From contig NC_087251.1 of NCBI RefSeq assembly GCF_037042905.1, forward strand, positions 7,938,001-8,002,000: a stretch of 64,000 bases of DNA, read 5' to 3'. Source of the DNA: Lytechinus pictus. Taxonomy: Eukaryota. Both the position numbers and the translations under genes were made by a program. Of this stretch, positions 41,476 through 54,066 are shown in pieces. Within the stretch, counting starts at the first letter, position 1, and each line of letters starts with the position of its first letter. Below the pieces are notes generated by a model that saw nothing but the letters and a program-made list of their open reading frames with translations, did not search any database and was not told the DNA's origin.

Positions 41476-41590
41476 TTGATCCACATTGTGCTGCCCTCAA
41501 CCCAGGTAAGGTGAATGGGTACCTGGCAAGAATTTATTCCCTGAAACGCACATAACAGTTGCTCTGCTGAAGCCAGGGTAAGTATGCTTA
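41476..41590 (+). mobile_element. SINE body fragment
   Basis: ATCCACATTGTGCTGCCCTCAACCCAGGTAAGGTGAATGGGTACCTGG is the reverse complement of the repeat at about 7940-8040. Confidence 0.6.
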
Positions 41591-42153
41591 GCATCAGTCA
41601 GTTTTGCATAAGATTTTCCTTTTAAGGTACATAATTTGACGTAATTCATTGCATCTAATCTTGAAAATATGGGATAAGCACTGAAACTGCACCATTTCAG
41701 ATATCTGAGACGGACAAGCACCAGTTAATGGGACTTCCTTTCAACTCCTGATGCCAGTTGGTTTTGTAATTTTCACTTCCAAAATTTTGTTTGTTTACTT
41801 TTGCCTATTTATGCCTCCTCTTCTGAAAGTGGCACCTTGGACATGCATCGCTCTTGCTCTTCTAGATATGCCACTGTTTTACCATGGCACGAACCGAAAC
41901 ATTTATTTTGCTCTCTTATCTCTATTGGCTAAAGTAATGAAAGCATGATGCAGGCAAGGTATCAATAATTGTAATTTGCTGAAAGAACAGACAGAAAATA
42001 GAAATTAAACTTTAATCTATTTGATTAAGTCTCTTGTGGTAACTTCATAATATGTATTATGTTCTGTGTTACACATTTTCTATATAATTGGTTCATTATT
42101 TTTCGGTACAACACATATATTTATTTAACATTCCTGTGATTGTCTGTTTCTAA

Positions 42154-42843
42154 GACCCCTGTTACATCTGAGAGATTCCCTACCTCGGGCCGGCCCGGGG
42201 CCTACCTCGGGTCGGAAAGAAATCAGATGTAAACATCCCAAACCTACCTCGGGCCACCTTTTAGCGAACCTACCCGAGACCACATCCAGAGGTAGTCTCG
42301 GGTAGGTATCGGGCCGGCCCCGGTCCACTGATTCGTAGATGTAAACGCACACAAGCTTTCGAACCTATCTCGGTCCGTTCGCCAGCTGTCAAATTACGTC
42401 ATAGCGCGCGCTATCGCCTCCCCAGTCCCGTCGTTCTTCGAATGTTTTGCGGCATGCGACATGTGAATTGTGATTGATAAAGTCTTTGATTTGAGTGGAA
42501 AGAAGGAAGCATTTTAAACTTATCCTTTTCAAGTCATCATATCTTCAACAACTGCTGGGATCATCAGCATTCTTCCAGAATCTCGACGAGTGTAACGAAA
42601 TGTAAACAACTTCAATTAGCGCGCGCAAATTATTCAGAGCCTAGATCGAGAGTGCCCTTTGGTGTCAGCAATCGGATCCTGCTCGAAACCGTACCGTTAG
42701 GGGAGGGAATGAACGCTGTGATGTAAACAGACCACATTTCGGACTCGGTCCGTTCGCGAAGCTAATCTACCAATAATCCAGTCAAGGTTGCAAGTGGACT
42801 CGGTCGGGTCTCGGGTAGGAAACTTCCAGATGTAACAGGGGCC
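42154..42843. mobile_element. PIF/Harbinger-type MITE
   Basis: TAA|GACCCCTGTTACATCTG...CAGATGTAACAGGGGCC|TAA; GC/CpG-rich with reiterated CCTACCTCGGG / CTCGGGTAGG motifs. Confidence 0.87.
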
Positions 42844-44400
42844 TAATTCCCTTCCTGTTCATAATGGCCTTTCTGTACAGCAGTTGTCTCATGGTAATAT
42901 TCTATTTATCACTGCTTTGTATCCACCGCTGAGATAGCTAGAGGGTTGGTGGGTTCAATGATAGCACCTAATTTGATTTTCACTTACCGGGCACGCGCTA
43001 GCAAGCTTGTAATTAACCCTTGCCTAGAAGCCTTTAGCACTAGATTTTATGGTCAGTTAGTGGAAGGGGTTATTTTGTACATCAGTAATGAGGTGAAGAA
43101 AAGAGTGTATGAGTAACACGTCTCTCAAACAGCCAATTATAAAAATCTTGAACTTGAACATTCACATATATACAAAGTATATGGATTTATGTTTTGATTG
43201 GTAAGATGCTGTGTTGTGTAAATTTCCCTTATTGAAGCTTCATTGCTTTATATCTATATATTCATGGATTCTATTCAACTACTGCCAAATATTGAAGATT
43301 TTTTTATCATGTACAATATATGAAAATGTGGACTCTTTTGCCTGCATTGATGTTATGACTTTTTACCAGAAGAAAAAAGAAGTAAAGGAAGAAAAAAAGA
43401 ACATGACGTGGATATATTAATTGACAATGACTTATATTGAGTTGTAACTTGCTGCTGGGATGGTGGAAGGGGGCATGTATCTAAGTAATTTCAATTTTCA
43501 AGAAAGGGAAATCATTGCGACCATAAATGAATCTGCTGTGACAGTTTTATACTTTGATGTAATGACATCATTTCTTAAGAGAAAGAGTTGGGATTCTGAC
43601 TGTACAAGACTTGACAGATCATCTAGTCAATGAAACAAAAACAAAACAAATGATTTACCCACAAAGTTAGGATTCAGTATGTTGTCAACTGACCCAGGAA
43701 CTAAAAGTTGTTGCTTTTTAATAGTTTTCTTTGCAACTTTGTTGAGATATTAACAATGATGTAAGAATAGACAAACAAGAAAATTGGGAACCTCTGTATG
43801 GTAATAATATTCTGCTTTTATATAGTGCTGATCATGCTGGAAAGACATATCTAAGTGCATCACAGATTTATTATTACCCCCAGTTACTGGATTCTGGCTT
43901 TCCCACGTATGGTATATGCATGACCTCCACTCCCTTGGGAGTATTCCATTCCATTGATTTGTCAAGAAGTGTTTATCTTTTTTGTTCATTTCTACTATTC
44001 AGATTTTCTTATTTGAATTTTCTTAATTTTCTTCATAAAGTGTTATTTGTTTAATAAAAATTTTAGTGAAAAAAAATATATAATTTGATCTTCTATTTTT
44101 GCTAAAATGTACCTCAAAAGTGAACTTTTAAGTAATGTACCGTACATAAAAGCAGAAAACATTCCTTTCATCATATTATATATGATGAAAGGAATGTTTT
44201 TTTCTCTTTAGAATGATGTTGGATTCTAATTTGTCAACAGAGGGAGTGAATAGATAAGAATATGATGATCATCCTCTGGCATCCTTCCTGTATAAGACCT
44301 AGTATCTTACATGTCACCACTCCATAATCCTGCTGTCTTCCCCTCATATCAACAGTTCTTGGCCATCTCATGTTTGTGATATTTCTTCTTTCCCTTTATA

Positions 44401-45193
44401 GAGTGTGTCCCAGATAAAATGAAACCAAGATTTATCGATGATTTATCATAACTTAATCACAAATACAATAGACAAGTGACCTACCATTGTAAAGCTTAGA
44501 ATTTCTTCATTCATCTGAAATTACTTAGATTATTTCTCATTCACGCATGAGTGAGCAAGAACAATTTGAAGGGGGGATACCAAAAAGTCACTTGGTGGGC
44601 TGTAACTGGGTTTCAAAAAGAAAACCACATTTTAAAAAAGTTTAATATCTGTTCTTTAATTTGATACCTCAATTACAGAAAATGGTCAAGAAATATCAAA
44701 GTTCTGCATATTTGAAATAAAGCTTGAATTTCAATTATTTCATAAAATGAAGAGGTTTTACAGGCTAGCATTCCGAGTCACTCGACACTCCGTTTTGTTG
44801 ACGATCAGCCATGCATTAAGTCTGTGGGAAACCGGTGAAAACATGTTTATTAAATGAAATTATGGAAATACAAGCATTGTTTCGAGGGAACAGAACTTTT
44901 TTACTTCTTGACCATTTTCTGTGATTAAGGTATCAAATAAAAGAGCAGATATTAAACTTTTTAGGAATGTGATTTTCTTTTTGAAATTCAGATACCCCCA
45001 CCAAATGAGTTTTTGGTATCCTTTCTTCAAATTGTTTTTGCTCACTCATGCATGAATGAGGAATAATCTAAGTAATTTCAGATGAAAGAGGAGATTCTAA
45101 GCTTTATAATGGTAGGTCACTTGTCTATTGTATTTGTGATTAAGTTATGATAAATCATCGATAAATCTCGGTTTCGTTTTTTGGGACGCACTG
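44401..45193. mobile_element. Tc1/mariner-type foldback MITE
   Basis: TA|GAGTGTGTCCCA...TGGGACGCACTG|TA; inverted arms of about 300 bp. Confidence 0.87.
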
Positions 45194-48034
45194 TATTTTA
45201 CTCTCCTCAGGATTACACATGATTCTTATTCTCCCTTTATCTTACTCACAGTCTTGATGTCTCTTTATCTGTCTTTCCTTCTTTTTTCCTCTTCCTCTCC
45301 CTTCTAATTCTCTGCCCATCTCCCCTTTCTTTGATCTTTGTTCTCCTGTTTCTCTACTTCTATATTATTTATCTTGCCTCTATACTATCTTATTTGTTTT
45401 TCATTTATGGATCTCACTTGACTCTCTTTCCTCTTAATATTCTCAAGTGATTTTATTCTCTCTATCTCCTCACATATGTCTGTATTTCATCCTCTGTCCT
45501 CTGTATTGTCTGGCTATTTTACTTTCCCAGTTTCTCTTTATCTCAATCTTTGTATGTCTATTTTTCTGGGTGTCTGTCTGTCCGTCTCTGTCTCTCCCTT
45601 TCTGTCAGTCTGTCTGTCTGACTCTCTGCTTTGCCCTTTTTTCACATCATCACCCATTGATCTCTAGCTAATCCACATTATTTCCTGGTGAATTATCTGT
45701 CTAATTCTCTAATGAAATGAGAGCAACCAAAGTGACATTTCTCACAAGTTGATGGGAATGATTACAGATATCTAGACTACCACTGGTGGAATATGAAATA
45801 TCAAAGGAATATTTTGTTGTTGTAATTTTGGGTAGCTGCCATCATTTCTATTACATCAAGGTACAAACATAATATTCAATAGATCATTTTACTTTTTAGC
45901 CTACAAAGATGTTTGTGACTGAGGAAATAGACCTATAGCAAGTATTTTTTTTGTTAGTGTTTGGTGAAAATACAGTAGGCCTAAGTGGTAAATTGATTTG
46001 ATACATAGTAATAGTTCCATTTATAATGAAATAAGAGAATCTATGAATTGTGAAATCATCAATAATATGAATCTTATTCAAGATCTACGGTATGTATTAT
46101 TCTGTTTCCTCCAAGAGTTATGTCTATATATGGGCAAAATTCTGCAAATTACCGTTGTAAAAAAAGGTGCCAATAAGAGACCAAGGAAGTACATAGGAGT
46201 AGATGGATGTGTTGGTATGAAAATTGAAAATTTGATTTCAGTGCTCCCACATCTCCACTGAGATATTATCAGATTAAATCTCCCTCATGAATGAGTAACC
46301 ATCCACAACGCCTGGGGAAGATCCTACTTTATGATGCTTATACATTTATAGACCCTCCCAAATCCATACATTGGGTTTTGAGAACCAACAGAATGCTTCC
46401 AGCAATGTCACGATCTTCATTGTCAATCATTCTCTGCAAACTCAGATATTATCCTACATCTTTCTTTTCTTTTCCTCTCTGTTTATATTAAGGAATGTCC
46501 ACGTTATTATATTTTCATCCCATATTAAAATTTCATATTTGTGCAGATTTAAACAAGTGACAAGTATAGGTTCAGGTTTTATTGAGTATGAGTCATGGGT
46601 GTATTGTAACAGTAACTTGTACTATTCTATATGAAGTGCACTGTCAGTCTTTCATATATTCTTCCAATCTATCTTTTCCTTTTTAATATCTATTCATCAC
46701 TTCATTAATACTTCTGTATTTAGAGCCTATATCTTTGTATAAAACTTCATTCTTTTCCTCCCCCCTCTCTATTAGTATATCTCTTATGATTTCATCCCTT
46801 CCTCTCATCTTTAATTAGATTTTTTCATTTCTCAAGTCCCAAGTGTTAATTTCTAGAATCCTCCCTGGTGTTTGTATGTCTCCATGATTAGATTTTATGA
46901 AAGGCGGGAAGATCAGACAAGTAAAAATATCTTTAGGCAATATACTGTGCTAATCAATGACTCAGAGAGTGATAATTGGTTTGCTTTTTATTTATTTTTT
47001 AATGTGTTTATTTGCAATGTCACTTAGTGCCAGAGAGGTAAAATTGGATTCCAACATGATATCCAAATCTTCAATATTTATTTCTGCCAATTATTCAGGA
47101 TTGTAGGCCTAAATGCAAATGGAAAATATGAGAATTCTACAAGTGGTCTTTATAAATAGAAATGGTAGTAGTGGTACTCTTTTTATTATTTTTATCACAA
47201 TTCATGTTTATATCCTGATAAATAGAACTGATATTGCTGATTAAGTTGCAATTTTGATTTAATACAGTCATATTTAAGATCGAGATGGTAAAAAATAGAA
47301 TCTTTAACTTCTCCATGAATTATTTGAATGCTTTTGTCCGATAATAACATTCTATCCCTATGAATATTTTGAGATTTTTTTTATACCATTTCTTTGATGA
47401 ATTGTGTAATTGAATAACTGTCTTCAAAGGCATCTTTCTGAAAGTCTAGGGAGCATCTTTCCTGTGGGAATCCTGCAAGCATATTTTGCTCACTAATCCT
47501 CACATTTCATCATAGACAGTATGTGAGGAAAAAAAGGTGTGAAAGACACTAAGGGCCTTTATGGCTCATACTTTTTTAGTCAGGTATCTCTTTTTTTCTT
47601 CATTTATTAAGAGGACAATAGACCATATAAGGAACATAGGCTTTTATAACATAATAAAATGATATAAGCACCACCCTGTTCATGTTACAATCCATAGTGC
47701 ACTCAGGCCCATCTTTCTGGAACTCCCTTCCCTCATCCATTCTTTTTTCACCTTCTCCAAATGTATTAAAAAGAGACTCAAATTATATCTTTTATCACAC
47801 AATTTTTATTGTTGATTATGTGGCCAAGATCTTTGTTTTTTATTTGTAATGTATTTATATGTATTTCAATGTATTTCAATTCTTATCTCTTTCTCAAAAA
47901 CTGAATTTGATTCTTCAATTCTTTGACTTTCTCTCATAGTATTACTGCCTCTACAGAAACTTTTTTTTTTCAGTATTCCTAGATTCCATCCTTTTTCCTG
48001 AAATCTCTTTGTGTTAATGTATGTACTGTATGTA

Positions 48035-48668
48035 CAGTTGAGGCCAAAAGTTTACATACACCCATGGAATTCAGTGAAATTTGTTCACTTGCCAAACATC
48101 GTAAAATTGACTATATCTTTAGAAATATAAATACTACCAAGACGAATTTGGTATCAAATGAAAGAGCGCATCATTCTCTTTTACATGATTGGGATTAAAG
48201 AATATTTCAGGTGGAATTTTCTTTGAAGAAAAAAGTAATATTCGTGCCAAATGTATTCTATTTTTTTGTTATTATATTTTCAAAAATCGCTTCATAGAAT
48301 TATATAGATGTCAAATCTATGATTTATATTACATTTTCTATCATATGTCACCACTGAACAAAAAAGTGTAATCCGAAATGTTTGTGTTGAGAAGTAACAA
48401 ACACAAATATGAAATGTTTTTTTCGAGTCTTCATTTATAATTTGTCTAAAATATGAAGATTTTGGAGGGAAAAAATGACACCTAAATATTTCTCAGCTCC
48501 TGATGACAAAGCAATGTGATGAAGGTGCATAACATACTCATTTGATTGATATCAAATTTGTAATGATAGCACAAATAATTTAAAAGATAAAGTAAATTTT
48601 ACGATGTTTAGCAAGTGTCAACATTTCTTTGAATTTTCTGGGTGTATGTAAACTTTTGGCCTCAACTG
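48035..48668. mobile_element. Tc1-type MITE with Sleeping Beauty-like termini
   Basis: TA|CAGTTGAGGCCAAAAGTTTACATACACCC...GGGTGTATGTAAACTTTTGGCCTCAACTG|TA; perfect outer TIR of 29 bp or more, no transposase ORF. Confidence 0.9.
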
Positions 48669-48867
48669 TATATGTGTATATCTCAACTATGTATTTTTTG
48701 TATGTAAATCTATTATTATGCTCGCATGTATTTCTCTGTACATTTTTTTTTTATCGGAATTGAATAAATTGAATCGTAATGCACTTGGTTATATACATTC
48801 TGCTTTTCTTTATCGGCTTTCAATTTATAATGAATGTCATTTTTTTGGTATACCTCTTGTATTACAG

Positions 48868-49015
48868 GCCAAGGCAGTTGCTAATGAATCTAATGCAACG
48901 TTCTTCAACATTAGTGCTGCAACACTAACATCCAAATATGTAGGAGAAGGGGAGAAACTTGTGAGAGCACTCTTTGCAACAGCCAGGGAATTACAACCCT
49001 CTGTCATATTTATGG
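48868..49015 (+). CDS. SPAST: Spastin coding exon (pore loop 1, start of Walker B)
   Basis: ttacag|GCC...ATGG|gtaagc; 148 bp, phase 0-1; [49 protein letters not shown]. Confidence 0.96.
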
Positions 49016-49474
49016 GTAAGCTAATCTTCTAGTGGTTTATTAGTCGTTGTGAAAATCATTAGTTATGTTGAGCTTTGTTGATAGATGTTAAAAGAGTAAA
49101 CTTATATGAAAACAAAGGAATATAATTAGTACACAAATACATTTATTTCTATGGTTTTGAAAATAACTATGAATTATCATGAGATTTATTCAATAAAGAA
49201 TATCTATTTTTCATTGGAAGCCTTTCTTCTTTAGATTGTCATCATTGACTTTCTTATGATGTATCAAACCTTCACAAAACAGCATTTGGCTAATCAGGGC
49301 CTATTTGATCCATAAGTGAAAACGAATGTATAAGTAAAATTTCAATGGATCACTTTATTTCTTTCCCTGATACAAAATAATGTTAATTTTTATTCTCTTA
49401 CCTGAATCATTGCACAATAGGAAATGGCAATGTATGTCTTAAGATAATAACATTATTTCTTTCATTATTTTCAG

Positions 49475-49566
49475 ATGAAATTGATTCTTTACTGACTGAG
49501 AGAAGAGAAGGAGAACATGATGCAAGCAGAAGATTAAAAACAGAATTCTTGGTGGAGTTTGATGGT
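49475..49566 (+). CDS. SPAST: Spastin coding exon (Walker B DE, pore loop 2)
   Basis: tttcag|AT...GGT|gtaagt; 92 bp, phase 1-0; [31 protein letters not shown]. Confidence 0.96.
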
Positions 49567-50083
49567 GTAAGTCTAATAACGTGGCAATTATCATTGGTTT
49601 AACAATAGAAATAAGCTTACCACCCAGTTTCTTGACATTTTATTGGTGGTTTGATTTCCATAATAACCATACCAAAAAGGTTTGGTCAAGAAGTCGATGT
49701 AATTTTCAATCAGTATCAAATTATTCTTTTTTTTTAGATTTATGAAATTTAGCTTCATTGCTCCGTATGAGGATAGAACTAAAAATCATGAATAATTGGA
49801 GAAAGAATTGTTTCATATATAATCATTCACAATTAAAAATATGAATTTCATACCTTAAATTGGTCATCAGTAAATGTAAAAAAAATGGTGTAGAAAGAGT
49901 AAATAATAGGCCTAATCAGTGAATTAGCCCTCAAGAAATATAACAGCACCTTGTACAAAGTATTTTTTTAATACAATCATGTAGATTAAAAATATATTTG
50001 GAAAAAAAGTAGATGAGTATTTTATTATAAGTATTATAAGAATTGATATAAAATAATGATTTTTTTAAAATTATTTATTATAG

Positions 50084-50206
50084 GTGAAAGCAGATGGGAG
50101 TGAGAGAATCTTGGTGATGGGAGCAACGAATCGACCTCAAGAACTTGATGATGCTGTTCTTAGAAGATTGGTGAAAAGAGTTTATGTCCAAATGCCTGAC
50201 CAAAAT
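50084..50206 (+). CDS. SPAST: Spastin coding exon (second region of homology, arginine finger)
   Basis: ttatag|GTG...AAT|gttagt; 123 bp, phase 0-0; [41 protein letters not shown]. Confidence 0.95.
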
Positions 50207-50274
50207 GTTAGTTTATTTACTATAATATGAACATATTATTCTGCTCTCTCTCTCTCTCTCTGAAGATAACATTA

Positions 50275-50470
50275 GGGGGTGTTCCACAAAAAGTTAAGTG
50301 TGACTTAAGAGTGGCACTTAAATACCCAGTTGTGTGTGGTATAAAAGGCATCATCGCATTGGTCAAATCATGCCAATAGGATGCACACTACTGTATATTA
50401 ATCATGAAGATTTCACAATACACATCATGTGCACACCAGCATTTAAGCATGACTCTTTGTGAAACATCCC
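50275..50470. mobile_element. Short degenerate palindromic MITE-like repeat
   Basis: GGGTGTTCCACAAA...CTTAAAT is an imperfect inverted repeat of ATTTAAG...TTTGTGAAACATCCC. Confidence 0.5.
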
Positions 50471-50834
50471 TCTGTATCCTTGCTTGTAAAAATAGTTTTA
50501 TCAGCTTTATATCAGTGTAACAGCTTTATCATTCATTTGGAATTATTTAATTTGGATGTATTCTTTATTCTTAATGTTACTTCTCTTTCAAAATAGGAGG
50601 GACAACTTTCATTGTACCTACTCAGGAGGGCGGGGAGGTGGGAGGATGGTAACATAAAAACAATATTTACAATGGATTGTAACTTTTTTTTGTATATCCT
50701 TGACATATAACTGTTAAAAGACATTTTTAGTAAGCAATAAAAGAATGTTCACTTTGGAGAGGTTGTTAAGAGAATCAAACATGGTCCAATATCTTCATAA
50801 TTATCTTGCGTTTTCCATTGTAAATTAATTTTAG

Positions 50835-50985
50835 GCTCGGAAAGAATTGGTCAAGCAGTTGCTGAAGAAAAATAATAACCCATTGACTGATGGAGATCTT
50901 ACAAGATTAGCAGAGTTTACAAAAGGATACTCAGGAAGTGATCTTAACGCCTTGGCTAAAGATGCTGCTCTAGGACCTATCAGAG
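50835..50985 (+). CDS. SPAST: Spastin coding exon (AAA lid / helical subdomain)
   Basis: ttttag|GCT...AGAG|gtaaaa; 151 bp, phase 0-1; [50 protein letters not shown]. Confidence 0.95.
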
Positions 50986-51012
50986 GTAAAAGGATTTGGA
51001 TTTGATAGAGGG

Positions 51013-51100
51013 GATGATGATGACGATGATTATGATGATTTTGATGATGATTTTGATGATGATGATGATGGTGATGATGATGACGATGATGGTGATGATG
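51013..51100. repeat. Imperfect (GAT)n microsatellite inside a 160-bp SPAST intron
   Basis: Read directly; it lies between donor 50986 and acceptor 51145. Confidence 0.9.
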
Positions 51101-51145
51101 AATCTGAGAAAGTGCTGAACATTAATTTTCATTTTATATTGACAG

Positions 51146-51186
51146 AACTTGGACTAAATGGTGTCAAGTCAACCAGTGCAGAACAG
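51146..51186 (+). CDS. SPAST: Spastin coding exon (41 bp)
   Basis: gacag|AA...CAG|gtaaca; phase 1-0; ELGLNGVKSTSAEQ. Same size as human exon 16 (from memory). Confidence 0.9.
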
Positions 51187-51687
51187 GTAACATCCATTTT
51201 TCATAAAAGTTCCGATGATTGGTATAGGATCATTGACAAATGTTAAAATATATTAAAACCATTAAAGATAAATATCAATAAATTGCCTGTTTGTTTGGGA
51301 TTTTTCTTTCTTTCTTTTTGAGGTTGATTATTTCAGCTACTTCTCAAATTATCCTAACATTTTTCCCATGCTAATTACTAATACATCCATCCCCGCTCTC
51401 AACATTTTATAAAAATCATTGGAATCTACAAAGAAAAAAAAATGGTATCAAAAGACAAGTTCTCAAGGCTTCCGGTGCATACATTTTTAAATCATGCACT
51501 ATTTTGAAAAATCTTGCCTCTTTTTACTTTTTAGGGGCTGAAAAGAATGAACGCTCCTGCCTTGTTTGTGTTTGTGATGTATTATCATATTTACCCTGTA
51601 CAAATTGTACCTTTATATATCAACCATGACAAATTATTTCAATTACCTACTAATTTAAAACCTTTCTTGCTTTTATCTTGGTATTAG

Positions 51688-51813
51688 GTACGAAGCATCA
51701 CATTGTCAGATTTCTATGATTCACTGAAGAGGATACGGCGGAGTGTACCTCAAGATTCTATTAATCTCTATGAAGACTGGAACAAGAATTATGGAGATAT
51801 CTCATCATATTAA
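51688..51813 (+). CDS. SPAST: Spastin terminal coding exon (Vps4_C-like helix) with stop
   Basis: tattag|GTA...; [41 protein letters not shown] (TAA at 51811-51813). Confidence 0.95.
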   Translation, partial: VRSITLSDFYDSLKRIRRSVPQDSINLYEDWNKNYGDISSY

Positions 51814-54060
51814 ACTATGCCCTTTGAAGAATACTAGCATTGACCTCTTAGTTACTGAAATCATGATTGTTAACTCAACAAGGGTATTCACTTTGAGAAT
51901 GGACTTGGTGAATACAAACACAGAGCATCTCCGAAATTGATTTTGACAAATACCTTGTTGTCAACAAGTTTGTTTTAATATGAAATACATATGCCCATAT
52001 CCTGAACTCTGGTTTAACTTTAACCATGGTGTAGGTCTATGGTTTAACTTGTGATATCCAAATGTGACACAAATCTCCATACGGTGGGGGGTTAATTTGT
52101 TTTCATATTTGCTTTTCCATAAAATCTGTTTGGAAATGGTTACCTCTTTTTTTTTCACCATTAAAGCATAAGAAGAGAGCCTTGTAAACATAAGAAGCCT
52201 ACAGTGTAAACAATTTTTGACATCATTTAGCTTCCTATAATTTTAGCCCAGACTGACCATGGTTCAAGTTCAACCAGAATCAAGAATGTTGTCATAGGCT
52301 TTATTATTTTTTTGCAAGAACTATTTATTTGTGCTCAGAAAAGAGAAAACTCTCTTAAATTAAAAAAAAAACCTGTACTAGATCTTTTTGAAATACATGT
52401 TTTTACCTTTTAATGCATGGATCTGCTTTGTTATCAGATATTAAGAAGTGAAATTTCATTTAGAATTTGTACCTTTAATTCCTTTATCAGAGTCCAGGTA
52501 TTGAATTTGAAGTTTTGGGGTAAAACAGATCTACCATTTATCAGATATTAATGCATTGCTGTAATGCTTACTCCTCCAATCAGTTATATCGGGAGGAGAG
52601 ACCTGCGGGTCATAGTGATTCAGTTCGCATTTCGCCTCCCAGGCACAGGTGACGCCAAACAAAATAATAAAAAATAATAATATTAGATTAGATGTAATTA
52701 CCATGAATAGTCTATTGGCTTTTAGTTAAATGTTAAATGTGCTAATTTTGTGTGTGATCATACTAAAATATTGAATTTTGTGGCTTGGCCATGTCTATGT
52801 CATTCAAAAACAATTTTCATGGATTTAAGTTTGGTTGTTTTTATTTTGCCAGTTAGGCCCGTTTACCAAGTAATTTAAATTGATGGATATTATTTTCCTT
52901 AGAACATGAGATGTTCCTTTACAAAGCTTATTACGATCCAGATTGCATACACTACTTGTTGCCATGTGTGGTAAGCTTTTAGCAAGCTTTTGAGGTTGTC
53001 CCAAGTAATCTCTTAAAGACTTTCAGTATGCATACAATTTTAATATATTAGTAAACAGATCTATTAGCCTGTCAACTGATGGGACATACAAGAAAATAAT
53101 TTTTGTGATAAATATGTTCTACTTCATTTTGCACTATTTTATACTGATTTAGCCCCCCCCCCCCTCCCTCAAATTCACAAATATTGATTGTAAAAAATCT
53201 ATCTTCAGAGGATTACTCAACAAGTTTACTATGCATGGTTGTTACAAAATGCATTGATACTACGTTGGAGCCCTAAAACCTGCAATGATGTTTAAAAGTG
53301 TCGAGAGTGGTCAAGATCTATTGGACAAAATCTTCTGCATTACATCAATATAACAAAAGTGATTTGTTCAAATAATTGCATACCATTATAGATACTTGTA
53401 CATTCATTGATTAGTAATTATTTCAAATTGAAAGATTTGATGAAATATCTGTTATCAGGTGTCTATATGTCTTGCTATAGTCTGCTGCAGCGATCTTGCA
53501 TTTGTTTATTCACTAGTCCCGATTGTAACAAAAATGAGTTTTAGTCTGTGTGATATTTTGGTAGTAGTCACTGTGATGTGCCACACATATGATCTTGCAT
53601 TCACTGTCATTGATGGATTTATGTACAAATATGAATCTTGAAAGCCTTTTATACATCCTTGCAGCCATGTAGTATTTTAGACAAACTTGAAAGCATTTTC
53701 AATACTGAAGTATGATCCTCAAGTAATGTGAAAGAAAACCTTGTGCCTTGTCTTGTGAATACAATTTTGTACATATAGCATAGAAAATTATGTACTTGTA
53801 CAGTATGTTTGAGGAAAAATAGTAGAAAAGTGAGTTATTGACTTCAAAGCACCTAATACAAAAAGTTGTAGTCTATGTACCATTGATGGATTAATTTAAG
53901 CTAGCATTGGTTATTAATTTCTTTTGATATTTATATTATCTGTCTTATATAGATATTTGTCATTGTGTTAAACTCTGCAACCACCTGTTCTATATTTCTT
54001 GTCTTCAGTACGTGGTGTATATGTTATTTGTACGAAATATAAAGAGCAATTGATTTCAGA

Positions 54061-54066
54061 AATAAA
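54061..54066 (+). terminator. Candidate polyadenylation signal for SPAST (implies a 3' UTR of about 2.3 kb)
   Basis: AATAAA at the end of a long stretch with no recognised transposon after the stop, with TG-rich sequence about 30 nt downstream. Another AATAAA lies near 52665, so the choice is uncertain. Confidence 0.35.

Noticed and set aside
51013..51100. Apparent poly-Asp coding stretch
   Set aside because: Falls inside a GT-AG intron whose removal restores the conserved GPIR-EL spastin junction; it is a (GAT)n microsatellite.
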